Assembly: GCA_041640035.1 (NCBI GenBank)
Contig: JBEQBC010000001.1
Location: forward strand, 160,001-224,000
Length of the DNA stretch: 64,000 nt
Reading direction: 5' to 3'
From: Candidatus Nanohaloarchaea archaeon
GTDB taxonomy: Archaea > Nanohalarchaeota > Nanosalinia > Nanosalinales > Nanosalinaceae
Below, piece by piece: positions 8,918 to 19,543 of the stretch. The notes under the pieces are model-generated. The model made no database searches and was not told the DNA's origin. It saw only the letters and a list, made by a program, of their open reading frames with translations. Positions within the stretch are counted from its first letter, which is position 1; each line of letters begins with the position of its first letter. Position numbers and translations under genes: made by a program.

Positions 8918-10459
8918 ATGCACGATCTTGACTCGGTGGAAGACGAGTACGAGATCGAATCCGACGGAATAAAGGCACATGTATATGTAGGAGAGAAAAG
9001 CAACGAATATGTTCTCCAGTACCGGATGATCAGAGCCGAAATCAGCGAAGGAACTCAGCAGTACCTTGAAGAACTTAGAGAAGATGTAATCGAATCAGTA
9101 CAGCTCTCAAGAGAAGAGTTCACGGATTCAGACGAACTTGAACAGGTAAAAGAGAAATACAGAAACGAAGTAAGAGACAGAGTAGAAGACCAGTTCCCGG
9201 AACTGGCAGAAGACGAGAAAAAACACCTGATCGGTACAATAATTCACGACATGGTCGGACTCGGCCAGATAGAACTACTTCTAAACGACCCACAACTCGA
9301 GGAACTGGTAGTCAACAACGCAGAAGAACCAGCATGGGTCTACCATCAGGACCACGGATGGCTGAAATCCAACATAACCTTCGAGGACGAAGAAGAAATC
9401 AAGAACTACTCCTCAGACATCGCAAGAAGAGTAGGAAAGAACATATCCAGCCTCGACCCGCTGCTAGACGCCCAACTACCAACAGGAGACCGAACCAACG
9501 CCACATTACAGCCAATTTCTACCAAAGGAAATACTATAACAATCCGTAAGTTCGCAAGAGATCCATGGACAGTAACAGACTTCATCAAGAACGAAACACT
9601 CAACAAGGAAGTCGCAGCATTCCTATGGCTCTGCATGCAGTACGAACTAAGCATACTGGTATCAGGCGGTACAGGATCCGGAAAAACATCCCTCCTGAAT
9701 GTTCTCATGCCCTTCATGCCTCCAAGCCAGAGGATTATCAGCATCGAGGACACACGAGAGATACAGCTACCTGACTTCCTGCACTGGGTACCAACAACCA
9801 CTAGAGAAGCAAACCCAGAAGGAAAAGGAGAAGTATCAATGCTTGACCTACTGGTCAACTCCCTCCGTATGCGTCCAGACCGTATCCTAGTAGGAGAAAT
9901 CCGTAGAAAACGCCAAGCAGAAGTACTGTTCGAAGCTATGCACACAGGACACTCAGTTTACTCCACACTGCACGCAGACACAGCTGAACAGACAGTACAG
10001 CGATTGAACAACCCACCGATCGATGTACCGGAACAGATGGTTAAATCCGTCGATGTCAATGTAGTGTGCTACAGAGACCGAAGAAGAAACTTCAGAAGAG
10101 TACTTGAAGTAGCTGAAGTCACGGAATCCGGTTACAGGAGAGGGGATGAAGGAACACAGCTCGGAGCAAACTCCATCTACAAATGGGACAGCGAGGACGA
10201 TGAGATCAGGAAGGAAAGAGACTCCCAGAACATCTTCGAGACACTCAAACTACATACCGGTATGACCCGTGGAGAAATCACAGAGAACCTGAACGGAAAA
10301 GAGGATGTGCTTCAGTGGCTTGTAGATAATGATGTAACCAGTATCGGACCGGTCGGAAAAATCATCGCACAGTACTACAGCGCACCGGATGAAGTCGTTG
10401 AACTAGCACGGAATAATGGAGATCCTCAGGAAATCCTGAAACGGTACGAGGACAAATAA
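8918..10459 (+). CDS. Type II/IV secretion (type IV pilus) ATPase, VirB11/CpaF family
   Basis: GGTGSGKT, SIEDTRE, LRMRPDRILVGEIR, TGHSVYSTLHA. Confidence 0.93.
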   Translation: MHDLDSVEDEYEIESDGIKAHVYVGEKSNEYVLQYRMIRAEISEGTQQYLEELREDVIESVQLSREEFTDSDELEQVKEKYRNEVRDRVEDQFPELAEDEKKHLIGTIIHDMVGLGQIELLLNDPQLEELVVNNAEEPAWVYHQDHGWLKSNITFEDEEEIKNYSSDIARRVGKNISSLDPLLDAQLPTGDRTNATLQPISTKGNTITIRKFARDPWTVTDFIKNETLNKEVAAFLWLCMQYELSILVSGGTGSGKTSLLNVLMPFMPPSQRIISIEDTREIQLPDFLHWVPTTTREANPEGKGEVSMLDLLVNSLRMRPDRILVGEIRRKRQAEVLFEAMHTGHSVYSTLHADTAEQTVQRLNNPPIDVPEQMVKSVDVNVVCYRDRRRNFRRVLEVAEVTESGYRRGDEGTQLGANSIYKWDSEDDEIRKERDSQNIFETLKLHTGMTRGEITENLNGKEDVLQWLVDNDVTSIGPVGKIIAQYYSAPDEVVELARNNGDPQEILKRYEDK

Positions 10460-10523
10460 CTCTACTTTTTTCTTGAACTGTTTTTTGTAAACCCATTTAA
10501 GATTGAAGACTGGTTTTCTCTAT

Positions 10524-10703
10524 ATGCCAGAATTCAAAGCAACGGGCGAAGTAGATTACGGAAAAAAGACAACCAGCTTCGACAAGACAGTTGAAGCCGG
10601 TTCCAAAAGCCATGCAGAAGATGTAGTATACTCCGATATCGGCAGTAAGCACGGAGTCACACGCGGCAAAATTGAAATTGATACTTTAGAGGAGACAGAA
10701 TAA
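10524..10703 (+). CDS. rplX: 50S ribosomal protein LX (L18Ae/eL20)
   Basis: 59 aa, VYSDIGSKHGV..I.I; conserved LX-prefoldin-ftsY order. Confidence 0.85.
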   Translation: MPEFKATGEVDYGKKTTSFDKTVEAGSKSHAEDVVYSDIGSKHGVTRGKIEIDTLEETE

Positions 10704-11116
10704 TGAATCAGCAAGCAGTACAGCAGTACCAGCAAATGCAGCAACAGCTCGAACAAGTCAACGACTACATCGAGCAAGTCGAAAACCAGATAGATAGAAT
10801 CGAGGACGCACAGGAAGCAGTCCAGCAACTTGAAAATGTAGAAGACGGAGCAGAGATCATGGCTCCAATTGGAGACGGCGCATTCGTCAAAGCAGAGATC
10901 AAGGACGCATCCACAGTAACCACAAACATCGGCGGCGACACGATGCAGGAACAGGATCGTGAAGGAGCTATCGACAGCCTTCAGGAACAGATCGATATCC
11001 TGAATTCCACGAAGGACGAACTTGAAGATCAGACAGAAGAGATCCAGAAACAGCTACAGGAACTTCAGCAGGACCTTCAGGAACAGCAACAGCAAGAACA
11101 ACAAGAACAGGAATAA
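10703..11116 (+). CDS. pfdA: Prefoldin subunit alpha
   Basis: Coiled coils flanking IMAPIGDGAFVKA...NIGG. Confidence 0.9.
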   Translation: MNQQAVQQYQQMQQQLEQVNDYIEQVENQIDRIEDAQEAVQQLENVEDGAEIMAPIGDGAFVKAEIKDASTVTTNIGGDTMQEQDREGAIDSLQEQIDILNSTKDELEDQTEEIQKQLQELQQDLQEQQQQEQQEQE

Positions 11117-11177
11117 ACACTTCCTGTCTATTTTTATTTTCTAAACAACCTTATTTTAACAAGAGTTGAACTATACG

Positions 11178-12065
11178 ATGCTGGACAAATTCAAAGATAC
11201 AGTAAAAGATTTCTCGGAAAGCGTGAAGAGCGCAGTAGCAGAAAAAGAACTAGATGAAGATACCTTAGACCCGCTTCTTGAGAAGATGCGTATGAAACTG
11301 CTTCAGAACAATGTATCACTTGAAGCAGCTGAAACAATCGAAGAGGACCTGAGAAATGAACTTCTCGGTGAAGAAGTCCAGCGAAACAAAGTACAGGATA
11401 AAATAGATGAAGCACTTGAAAACGCGCTTAAAGATGTACTGGACGACAGCTTTGATTTCAAAGAAGAGATCGCAGGTATCGAAAGTCCGACAGTTTTCTT
11501 TGTAGGATTTAACGGTTCTGGTAAGACGACTACAACTGCAAAGATTGCCAAGAGTCTTCAGGAAGATGGTGAGGAAGTAGTTATGGGTGCTGGAGATACA
11601 TTTAGAGCTGCATCCATCGAACAGCTGGAGAAACACGGCGAGAACCTTGATGCTAAAGTAATTAGCCATGAATACGAATCAGATCCGGCCGCTGTAGCTT
11701 ATGACGCTGTAGAGCATGCGGAAAAAACAGGTAAAGTTGCACTGGTAGATACCGCCGGTCGCTCACATGCAGATACTAATTTGATGCAGGAACTGGAGAA
11801 AATGGTTGATGTGAATAATCCTGATGTAACTTTCCTGGTTGTTGACGCATTGAGCGGTAACGATGTGAACGAGCAGGCAGATGCATATGAAGGCATGTTT
11901 GATGCTATTATCGTTACGAAGATGGATGTCGATGAGAACGGTGGAGCTCTTCTGTCGATAGCTCAGAAGACTGGTAAGCCTGTAGCCTACATCGGTACGG
12001 GACAGGATTATGATGATTTAGAGGAATTTGATAAGGATAGTTTCGTGGAAGATATTCTGGAATAA
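11178..12065 (+). CDS. ftsY: SRP receptor FtsY
   Basis: GFNGSGKTTT, DTFRAA, DTAGR, TKMD, GTGQDY. Confidence 0.95.
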   Translation: MLDKFKDTVKDFSESVKSAVAEKELDEDTLDPLLEKMRMKLLQNNVSLEAAETIEEDLRNELLGEEVQRNKVQDKIDEALENALKDVLDDSFDFKEEIAGIESPTVFFVGFNGSGKTTTTAKIAKSLQEDGEEVVMGAGDTFRAASIEQLEKHGENLDAKVISHEYESDPAAVAYDAVEHAEKTGKVALVDTAGRSHADTNLMQELEKMVDVNNPDVTFLVVDALSGNDVNEQADAYEGMFDAIIVTKMDVDENGGALLSIAQKTGKPVAYIGTGQDYDDLEEFDKDSFVEDILE

Positions 12066-12114
12066 CTAACTTGGTTGAGAATTAAAGGAGAAAAATTAGG
12101 TTGTGTAGTGAGAT

Positions 12115-12447
12115 CTAGCTGTAGGCCTTCTGCTCGTCAAGTCTTTTCTGCATAGACTTCTCCAGTTTCTGAAGCTTGGACTTGAGCGGTTCAAGATCTT
12201 CGTCATTACTCATCTCGATCTCGTTTGAGCCTTCCTGAATTCTCTGTTTTCTCATCTTGGCCAGCAAATGATTAACTTCAGCTACAAGCTGTTCATACTC
12301 CTTCATCTGTGCCTCTATGTAGGAAATCTCCTGTTCAAACTCCTGTCTGAGTTCCTCTGTTACCTCGTCCTTCATCTCGTTTTTCAGTTCTTCCTTTTCC
12401 AGGCCTAGCTTGCCTCTGACCGTTGAATAGAATTTTTCCATACCCAT
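12115..12447 (-). CDS. Hypothetical coiled-coil protein
   Basis: 110 aa ORF with TTTAAA box upstream. Confidence 0.65.
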   Translation of the reverse strand: MGMEKFYSTVRGKLGLEKEELKNEMKDEVTEELRQEFEQEISYIEAQMKEYEQLVAEVNHLLAKMRKQRIQEGSNEIEMSNDEDLEPLKSKLQKLEKSMQKRLDEQKAYS

Positions 12448-12508
12448 AAATCTAATTTTAAACCTCTGTATTCACCTATTAATCCTAAAACTCTTTTTAA
12501 CTTTTCGA

Positions 12509-13072
12509 TTACTCCCGTGGATCCTTAGGCACTTCATCATCCTGATCTTCTTCCTCATCCTCTTCTCCAGGGATTATTATACCCATGTCACGGAAAGCAC
12601 CCTGCTCATAGTAACGGCCGGTAACTGCTCCAAGTAAGGCATCAAACTCATGGCTGTTCGAAAGAGGACTGGTATCAAAACCGAGGCTTTCCAAGGCCTG
12701 ATCGCCGTGGATAGCCAGTTCCTCAGAAGTGATGTGTGGGTTGAACCGGATGATTTCAGGTGCATCAACACCCATAGCATGCTCCAAGTGAGCACTGAGG
12801 CTTTCTAGCCTCTTCATCTTCTTCACCTGGTGACCTGAAGGAACGAAATTGTATCCTTCATCTTCCAGCTTTTGCTCTTTCTTCGTCAGTTCATCTCTTC
12901 CTTGCTCCATGCCAACATCAGCTGCAAGGATATCGACTTCTTCCTCTTCTATCTTCTCTATTATCTCATCGTTTGTACTAAGATTCCAGGTACTGGTTTC
13001 TTCGCTGTCAGCAACAGCCAGTATGCTGTCCTCTTTGGTATTATCTTTTAGAAGTAGTCCTGCGAACTTCAT
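12509..13072 (-). CDS. Hypothetical protein, DUF429-like RNase H fold
   Basis: MKFAGLLL start, ILAAD, HEFDALLGA motif. Confidence 0.55.
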   Translation of the reverse strand: MKFAGLLLKDNTKEDSILAVADSEETSTWNLSTNDEIIEKIEEEEVDILAADVGMEQGRDELTKKEQKLEDEGYNFVPSGHQVKKMKRLESLSAHLEHAMGVDAPEIIRFNPHITSEELAIHGDQALESLGFDTSPLSNSHEFDALLGAVTGRYYEQGAFRDMGIIIPGEEDEEEDQDDEVPKDPRE

Positions 13073-13914
13073 ACTGTTTTAACCTTCTTTTTTCTCTCCA
13101 GATTTTCCTCATCCTTTTTTCCTTCGCCGCGTCTGTCTGTAAATTCTTTAAGTGAGGAATTCATCTCTTTAACCCTTTGAAGCTTCTCCTGCTTCTTCTC
13201 CTGTTTCAAACCTTTCAGGAAATCGTGTATAGCTTTGTTGTACTCCTCCGGCTTCTCGAAGAACGGGAACGAACCTGCGCCCTGTAAACGGCTTACCATC
13301 GGTCTTTCAAGCTCCCGCGCAAAATCGATACTTGAAAACCGGTCATCGCTTGGATGAAGAACAAGAGACTTCTTCACCGGTCTTCTGAAACGGTAGTTCT
13401 CTACAAAGGATTCTACATCTCTGTAATTTGGCTTATCTACGAGCTCTGAGAACTCCTTAACCACCTTGAAATCAGTTTTACCTGAGAAAGCGTACTTCTT
13501 CAATATTTTTGGATAGTTGACTATACTTTTCCATCCCCAGTTGTATACAGGTCTTGGAGGCATGGAAACTGTCCCCCTAAAAGCTGAGGTCAGTACTAAT
13601 GCTTCCACAGATTCGTGTTGTTCGAACTCAAGCGCGAGACTGTTGCCGAAAAGACTCGATACAAGCACTACATTATCTAGATCTTCTCTCTCAAGTACAT
13701 TTTTCAGAGCTGATTTCTCGCCTTCATAGTCTCTGAAGCTTTCGGTAGGCTGGAAACAGACGGTTTTGAACTCTCTGGAGAAGTAACGATATTGATTACG
13801 CCATAACTCCGGGTTCAAACCACCTGGAACAAAAACGAGCTGGATCGGTGAATCCTTCTCGGACTCGAAGAAATGCATGTTCTCTTCACCAACTCTCTCT
13901 ACCGAAAAATCCAT
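13069..13914 (-). CDS. Alpha/beta-hydrolase fold protein, catalytic residues degenerate
   Basis: LVFVPGG...WRNQ, VVLVSSLFG, GAGSFPFFEKPEEYN. Confidence 0.8.
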   Translation of the reverse strand: MDFSVERVGEENMHFFESEKDSPIQLVFVPGGLNPELWRNQYRYFSREFKTVCFQPTESFRDYEGEKSALKNVLEREDLDNVVLVSSLFGNSLALEFEQHESVEALVLTSAFRGTVSMPPRPVYNWGWKSIVNYPKILKKYAFSGKTDFKVVKEFSELVDKPNYRDVESFVENYRFRRPVKKSLVLHPSDDRFSSIDFARELERPMVSRLQGAGSFPFFEKPEEYNKAIHDFLKGLKQEKKQEKLQRVKEMNSSLKEFTDRRGEGKKDEENLERKKKVKTV

Positions 13915-13978
13915 AACAAGACACAGTATGACTACAAAGTCTTAAAACAGTTTAATCACTGAAGATTGGTAGAAACCA

Positions 13979-14317
13979 TTGATAACCCGAAAAAGAATAC
14001 TGGCAGCGGAAATCCTGTTGACCGCGTTACCACTCGGATACCATGTACACAGAAAGACAGGCAGCCTTCTCACAGCAACCCTCACCTTCGGAATAACACT
14101 CTTCATCATCGACAGCTTCCTAATCTCGCCGGTCAAGGCATGGGACAACCTAGCGCTCTTCCTCAATCCGTTCATGGTTTCGACCGGGACCTTCATCACC
14201 TCACTGATCTACATCAACTACACAGGTACAGCCCTGGCAGCAGCCAAATGGCAGGCACTAGGCCTATCCTTTATCACACTGGTCTTCGGTTTCATGTTCC
14301 TCAGGACTTGGCCCTGA
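13979..14317 (+). CDS. Small membrane protein
   Basis: TTG start, 3-4 hydrophobic segments. Confidence 0.6.
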   Translation: MITRKRILAAEILLTALPLGYHVHRKTGSLLTATLTFGITLFIIDSFLISPVKAWDNLALFLNPFMVSTGTFITSLIYINYTGTALAAAKWQALGLSFITLVFGFMFLRTWP

Positions 14318-14370
14318 AAACGCCGGGGTTACCATAAAAACATTCATCCCACAAAAACTTTCTTAGAACG

Positions 14371-15669
14371 ATGTTTGACCGCATAAAAGACTCTATACAG
14401 AAATTCTCCCGGAAAGACAGGGCAGACAAGGAAGCAGTAGAAGAACTGGTTAAAGACATACAGAGAGATCTCATCCAGGCAGATGTAGACATAGAACTCG
14501 TATCAGAACTCAGCGACGAAATAAGAGAAGAAGCACTCGAAGACGATGTACCCAGCGGTCTAACACGCAAAGAACATGTACTCGAAATAATATACAACAA
14601 ACTAGAAGACCTGCTAGGAGAAAAACCCGAAGTCGAGGTTAAGCCACATAACATCCTTCTATGCGGACTATACGGAGCAGGAAAAACAACAACAGCCGGA
14701 AAACTAGCCGACTACTACCGAAAACGCGGACTGAAAACCGGAGTAATCGCAGCAGACACAGACCGGCCAGCAGCACACGAACAACTGCAGCAGATAGCAG
14801 AAGATGTAGAAGCCGAATTCTACGGAGAAAAAGAAACAGACGAACCAAGCAAGATTGTAGAAAACGGACTTGAACAGATGGAAGCAGATGTAATAATCGT
14901 CGACTCCGCAGGAAGAGACTCACTCAACCAAGACCTCAAAGACGAACTCGCAAGAATAAACGAAGTACTACAGCCAGAAGAAAAATACCTAGTCATGCCT
15001 GGAGACATCGGACAGTCAGCCAAAGACCAGGCACAGAACTTCAACGAAGCAGTCGACATCACAGGCGTAATAATGACAAAACTCGACTCCTCAGCCAAAG
15101 GAGGAGGAGCACTCGTAGCATGCAGACAGACAGGCGCACCAGTCAAATTCATCGGAACGGGAGAAGAAATGGGCGACCTAGAAGTATACGACCCCATCAA
15201 GTATGTCTCCGAGATAATCGGACAACCCGACCTCGAATCACTTCTAGAAAAAGTCGAGGAAATGGACACCGATCCTGAAGAACTGCTCGAAGGAGAATTC
15301 ACCCTAGAAGACTTCCAGCAGCAGATAGAACAAGTCACCGAGACCGGAATGATGGAAGACCTGATGAAACAACTGCCGATCGGCGGCGGACAGATGCCAG
15401 ACAACCTATCAGATATGACAGAAGGAAAGGCAGAAACCTACCAGGTCATAATGAACTCGATGACTGCAGAGGAAAAGAAAGATCCGTCAATAATCAAGCG
15501 TTCACACAAGGAGAGAATCGCAGAAGGAAGCGCCACCTCTGTAGAAGAAGTTCAGGAACTGATCAAGCATTACCGCCAAACCAAGAACATGATGGACAAG
15601 TTCGACAAAGGAGACATGAAGCGTGGAGGCGGCAACCTCCAGAGCATGATGCAGAACATGGGACTCTAA
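14371..15669 (+). CDS. srp54: Signal recognition particle protein SRP54
   Basis: GLYGAGKTTT, DTDRPAA, DSAGR, TKLD; Met-rich M domain. Confidence 0.96.
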   Translation: MFDRIKDSIQKFSRKDRADKEAVEELVKDIQRDLIQADVDIELVSELSDEIREEALEDDVPSGLTRKEHVLEIIYNKLEDLLGEKPEVEVKPHNILLCGLYGAGKTTTAGKLADYYRKRGLKTGVIAADTDRPAAHEQLQQIAEDVEAEFYGEKETDEPSKIVENGLEQMEADVIIVDSAGRDSLNQDLKDELARINEVLQPEEKYLVMPGDIGQSAKDQAQNFNEAVDITGVIMTKLDSSAKGGGALVACRQTGAPVKFIGTGEEMGDLEVYDPIKYVSEIIGQPDLESLLEKVEEMDTDPEELLEGEFTLEDFQQQIEQVTETGMMEDLMKQLPIGGGQMPDNLSDMTEGKAETYQVIMNSMTAEEKKDPSIIKRSHKERIAEGSATSVEEVQELIKHYRQTKNMMDKFDKGDMKRGGGNLQSMMQNMGL

Positions 15670-15672
15670 GAG

Positions 15673-16269
15673 GTGACAGACAAGTTGATAGCCGTTCTAT
15701 CCGACTCACATATACCTACGCGGGCAGATGAGATACCGGAACCTTTCTGGGATAAAGTAGAAGAATCCGACATAACTGTACACGCCGGAGACTATGACCG
15801 CGAAGAAACATTCAACGCACTAGAAACATACTCAAACAATTTTTACGGAGTAGAGGGAAACTGCGACTTCTTCGAAGCAGAAGAAATGAGCCAAAGCCAC
15901 ACCTTCCAACATGAAGAACTTGATTTCGGAGTCTACCACGGTACAGGCATAACTCCTCGCGCCCATACACCGACACTTCTGAAGATAGCTGAGGAAGACC
16001 TTGGAGTAGATATACTGATTCACGGGCATTCACATCAGGAGGATATCGAACTGGCTGAAGGAAAACTGCTTCTCAACCCTGGAAGCAGTACAGGCGCCGG
16101 CGGCGGAACAGCAAACCCGTCAAAGCCCGCGATGATGGAGATAGAAGTTGAAGACGGCGATATAGAGGTAAAAATTCTTCAGCTAGTAGATGAAGAGCTT
16201 GAAATCAAAGAAGAACAGGTATTCGATACCGAACAAATTAAAAACTCAGAGAAAGCAGGTGAAGAATAA
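15673..16269 (+). CDS. Metallophosphoesterase, YfcE/Vps29 family
   Basis: SDSH, HAGD, GNCD, GHSH, NPGS. Confidence 0.92.
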   Translation: MTDKLIAVLSDSHIPTRADEIPEPFWDKVEESDITVHAGDYDREETFNALETYSNNFYGVEGNCDFFEAEEMSQSHTFQHEELDFGVYHGTGITPRAHTPTLLKIAEEDLGVDILIHGHSHQEDIELAEGKLLLNPGSSTGAGGGTANPSKPAMMEIEVEDGDIEVKILQLVDEELEIKEEQVFDTEQIKNSEKAGEE

Positions 16270-16733
16270 TGGCTTTCCAGAAACTGGACTCAAGAATCAA
16301 ATGGTTCTGGCTGTTAGAAGCATCAGTGATCTCGCTCTTCGTATCTCTGGTACTTTCTGCTTTGGCATATGAATATACAGCTAATGCAGTTTCTTTTGCG
16401 CTGATGCCTCTGTTGGTGGCCGCAGGTGCATGGTATGGACTCAGAAGATATGCTAACTGGGGTTTCGAAATAAGAGATGACCATCTTTACATCGAGCATG
16501 GTGTTATCAAGAAAGTTTACTCTATGGTTCCGTTCGTACGGGTGCAGCACATCGATACGGATAGAGGACCAATCGACCGTATGCTGGGACTTTCAACGCT
16601 TCGAGTCTACACTGCAGGATCGAAAGGCGCTGATATCAAGGTTCCAGGACTTGATAGAGAGGAAGCATCTGAACTGCAGAAAAAGCTTCGTGACTCAGCA
16701 ATCGACTCAGAGAAAGGATTCGATGCAGTATGA
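16269..16733 (+). CDS. bPH_2 domain membrane protein (YdbS-like)
   Basis: Two TMs then VPFVRVQHID..GP...LGL.TL.V.TAG. Confidence 0.88.
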   Translation: MAFQKLDSRIKWFWLLEASVISLFVSLVLSALAYEYTANAVSFALMPLLVAAGAWYGLRRYANWGFEIRDDHLYIEHGVIKKVYSMVPFVRVQHIDTDRGPIDRMLGLSTLRVYTAGSKGADIKVPGLDREEASELQKKLRDSAIDSEKGFDAV

Positions 16734-18172
16734 AACTAGCGAAGATATCAATACCTTACAGAGCTCTCAAGAAAGTATTCACAGTCCTCGTATTCCTGAT
16801 ATTCACTAGTGTAGACGCGTTAACAGCAGCTAACCCGGCCATAATCGTATCATTTCTGGTAATAGTTTCTCTTGCAGTATTCCTCATGCTCGGATACGAG
16901 TACCTTTACTGGCGTAACTTCGAGTACGAGATAAGGGAAGACGGACTCAAGATTATCTCAGGTGTCATAACCAAGAACGACAGGGATATACCGCTGAAAA
17001 GAATCCAGAACATCGATGTAAACCGTAATATAATCCAGAGAATGATCGGAATCGCCAAAGTAGATGTTGAAACAGCGGGAGGTAACGAAACAGAAGCAGC
17101 ACTCAAATTCCTCACCCTGGAAGACGCAGAAAACATGCAGAAAAAAGTCAGAGAACTCAAAAACCGGCGGAAAACAACAGAACAGGAGAAAAAAGGTTCA
17201 GAAAGAGAAGACTTCGCACTCTCAAACCGCGACCTAACGATACTCAGCCTAGCATCTGTTGACCAGAGACTGCTTGGAGGAGCAATTGGACTAATCTCGA
17301 TAATCGGAGGATCTGCAGGAATCCAATTAATCGATGGCTCACTCTCAATGACACAGTTGGTGATTGGAGGGATCATCGCGGTACTGGTATCCGCAGGTTT
17401 CTGGATAGCAACATCATTCTCCACATTCATCAAGTTCTTCGACTTCAAACTCTACTTCCACGACAACGCACTGGAATACGAGAGAGGGCTTCTCAACCGG
17501 GCCAGCGGAACTATACCAGAGGAAAAAATACAGGACATAATAATTGAAGAAAACTTCATACAGAGATACTTCAACTACGCATCACTAAAAGTCGAGACAG
17601 CAGGATATGTCTCATCCGGCAACCAGCAAGAACTTGACACCGGAAAGGAAACAGTGATACCTCTAGCTAAGAAACATGAAATCAAGAAATATGCGGAAGA
17701 AATCGGCGGATACACGGATCCGGAGTTCAACAAGATCCACGAAAAAGCCAGGACAAGATACTTCAGAAGATACCTTCTGGCAGGAACAGCCCTGGCAGCA
17801 CTCACCTTCACAGTCAGCCAGGTCTACCCGCTTCCATTCACAGCATACATCCCATCAGCACTATTAATCCTCTCCTCGAAGAAAGCAGCCGAACTCAAAT
17901 GGACAAACATCGGTTACGCATTGAAGGATGATCACTTCTACACGCGTAAGGGGTTCTGGAACCGTCAAACCTATGTAGTACCTTACTTCCGTGTACAGAA
18001 CGTGATGCAGAACCAGAGCATACTTCAGAGAAGATGGAACCAGTCATCACTGCTTATGGATACAGCAGGATCGGTAATCAGCTTCCCGGTCATACCGGAC
18101 ATGGATACAGAACAGGCTGAAAAGGTTAGAGAACAGGTTTACAATCGTTTCAGAGAATCACTGAAACGGTAA
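16730..18172 (+). CDS. Triple bPH_2 domain membrane protein (YdbT-like)
   Basis: Three IP..(R/K)IQ...(E/D)TAG repeats separated by TM pairs. Confidence 0.88.
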   Translation: MKLAKISIPYRALKKVFTVLVFLIFTSVDALTAANPAIIVSFLVIVSLAVFLMLGYEYLYWRNFEYEIREDGLKIISGVITKNDRDIPLKRIQNIDVNRNIIQRMIGIAKVDVETAGGNETEAALKFLTLEDAENMQKKVRELKNRRKTTEQEKKGSEREDFALSNRDLTILSLASVDQRLLGGAIGLISIIGGSAGIQLIDGSLSMTQLVIGGIIAVLVSAGFWIATSFSTFIKFFDFKLYFHDNALEYERGLLNRASGTIPEEKIQDIIIEENFIQRYFNYASLKVETAGYVSSGNQQELDTGKETVIPLAKKHEIKKYAEEIGGYTDPEFNKIHEKARTRYFRRYLLAGTALAALTFTVSQVYPLPFTAYIPSALLILSSKKAAELKWTNIGYALKDDHFYTRKGFWNRQTYVVPYFRVQNVMQNQSILQRRWNQSSLLMDTAGSVISFPVIPDMDTEQAEKVREQVYNRFRESLKR

Positions 18173-18243
18173 AAAAGTACTCTTCGATTCAACCGTTCTT
18201 GGGTTATCTCGTTTTATAAGAATCATTTTTACCTGTAACAGGT

Positions 18244-19503
18244 ATGGAAGACAAACAAATCAAAGAAAAGGCGGAAGCACTTCTCGAGAACGAGGAACTA
18301 TGCAGCCACTGCCTCGGAAGACAGTTCGCACAACTCGGACACGGACTCGAAAACTACGAAAGAGCAGCAATCATCCGTGAAACACCGATCGAAGAACTGG
18401 GAGAAGACAGCTTCGATCCGGAAAAAGTCCCTGAATCAGTCACTGAAGGCGGCGAATGCCGTATCTGCCAGGGAGTATTCCACGACCTTGACCGTTACAC
18501 TGATATGGTGATCGACTCGTTCGACCGTTACGAACTCGAAACCTTTCTTGTAGGTATCCGTCCGCCGGAAGATGTGGAAAGAGCTGAGGAAGAACTTTGG
18601 GAAGAGTACGGCATCGAGTACACTGAACCGATAAAGACAGAGATATCCCGATTGATAGGAAAACGGATCGAATCCCGGCTTGATATTCTGGTAGACTTTG
18701 AACGCGCCGATATAATGGCGGTCATCGACATGCGTGAAGGAAAAGAACGGGTCGAACTACAGGTCAACTCCATCCTGTTCTACGCACAATATAACAAATA
18801 CAGCCGAGAGATACCGCAGACAGAATGGCACTGCAGAAACTGCCGAGGAAGCGGATGTGACGAATGCGACTGGACAGGGAAACAGTACCCAACAAGTGTA
18901 CAGGAAGAGATACAGGATCCTTTCATTCGGGAAAGCAACGCTATCGAAGCCAAATTCCACGGAAATGGCAGAGAAGATGTTGATGCCAAATGCCTCGGTA
19001 AAAGAGAATTCGTACTGGAACTAATCGAACCCTTAAACCGTGACCTCGATGTAAAAGAACTTCAAAAAGAGGTAAACGAATCCAGCGACAAAGTAGAGAT
19101 CTTCGAGCTCGAGGAGACCTACAAGGACAAGGTTGAGGAGATCAAGGAGACGAGGACCAAGAAAGAGTACCGTGCCAAGGTGAAGGCGGGAGAAGAAGTT
19201 TCTGACGAAGATCTGGAGAAACTGAAAAATCTGGAAAAAGTTATAGAGCAGGAAACACCGGAGAGAGTCAAGCACCGTAGAGCTGACAAAGTCCGTGAAA
19301 GAGAAGTACATGAGATCGACTGGGAAAGAATCAGTGAAGATACATTCTACCTCTATGTGAAAGCGGAAGCCGGTACATACATCAAAGAACTGATCCACGG
19401 TGATGAAGGCCGCACACAGCCGAATGTGTCGGAAACACTGGGTACATCATGTGAATGCCTTGAACTGGATATAACCTGGGTCGAAAAAGTAGGTAATCAG
19501 TAA
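18244..19503 (+). CDS. pus10: tRNA pseudouridine 54/55 synthase Pus10
   Basis: CSHCLGRQF, GREDVDA, QETPERVKHRR, GTYIKELIHGD. Confidence 0.95.
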   Translation: MEDKQIKEKAEALLENEELCSHCLGRQFAQLGHGLENYERAAIIRETPIEELGEDSFDPEKVPESVTEGGECRICQGVFHDLDRYTDMVIDSFDRYELETFLVGIRPPEDVERAEEELWEEYGIEYTEPIKTEISRLIGKRIESRLDILVDFERADIMAVIDMREGKERVELQVNSILFYAQYNKYSREIPQTEWHCRNCRGSGCDECDWTGKQYPTSVQEEIQDPFIRESNAIEAKFHGNGREDVDAKCLGKREFVLELIEPLNRDLDVKELQKEVNESSDKVEIFELEETYKDKVEEIKETRTKKEYRAKVKAGEEVSDEDLEKLKNLEKVIEQETPERVKHRRADKVREREVHEIDWERISEDTFYLYVKAEAGTYIKELIHGDEGRTQPNVSETLGTSCECLELDITWVEKVGNQ

Positions 19504-19543
19504 CCAGTACAGCTATTTCAACCTTCAAACCTCTTTATTCTAT

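Noticed and set aside
11040-11116. Gln-rich repeat at the prefoldin C-terminus
   Set aside because: Low-complexity coiled-coil tail
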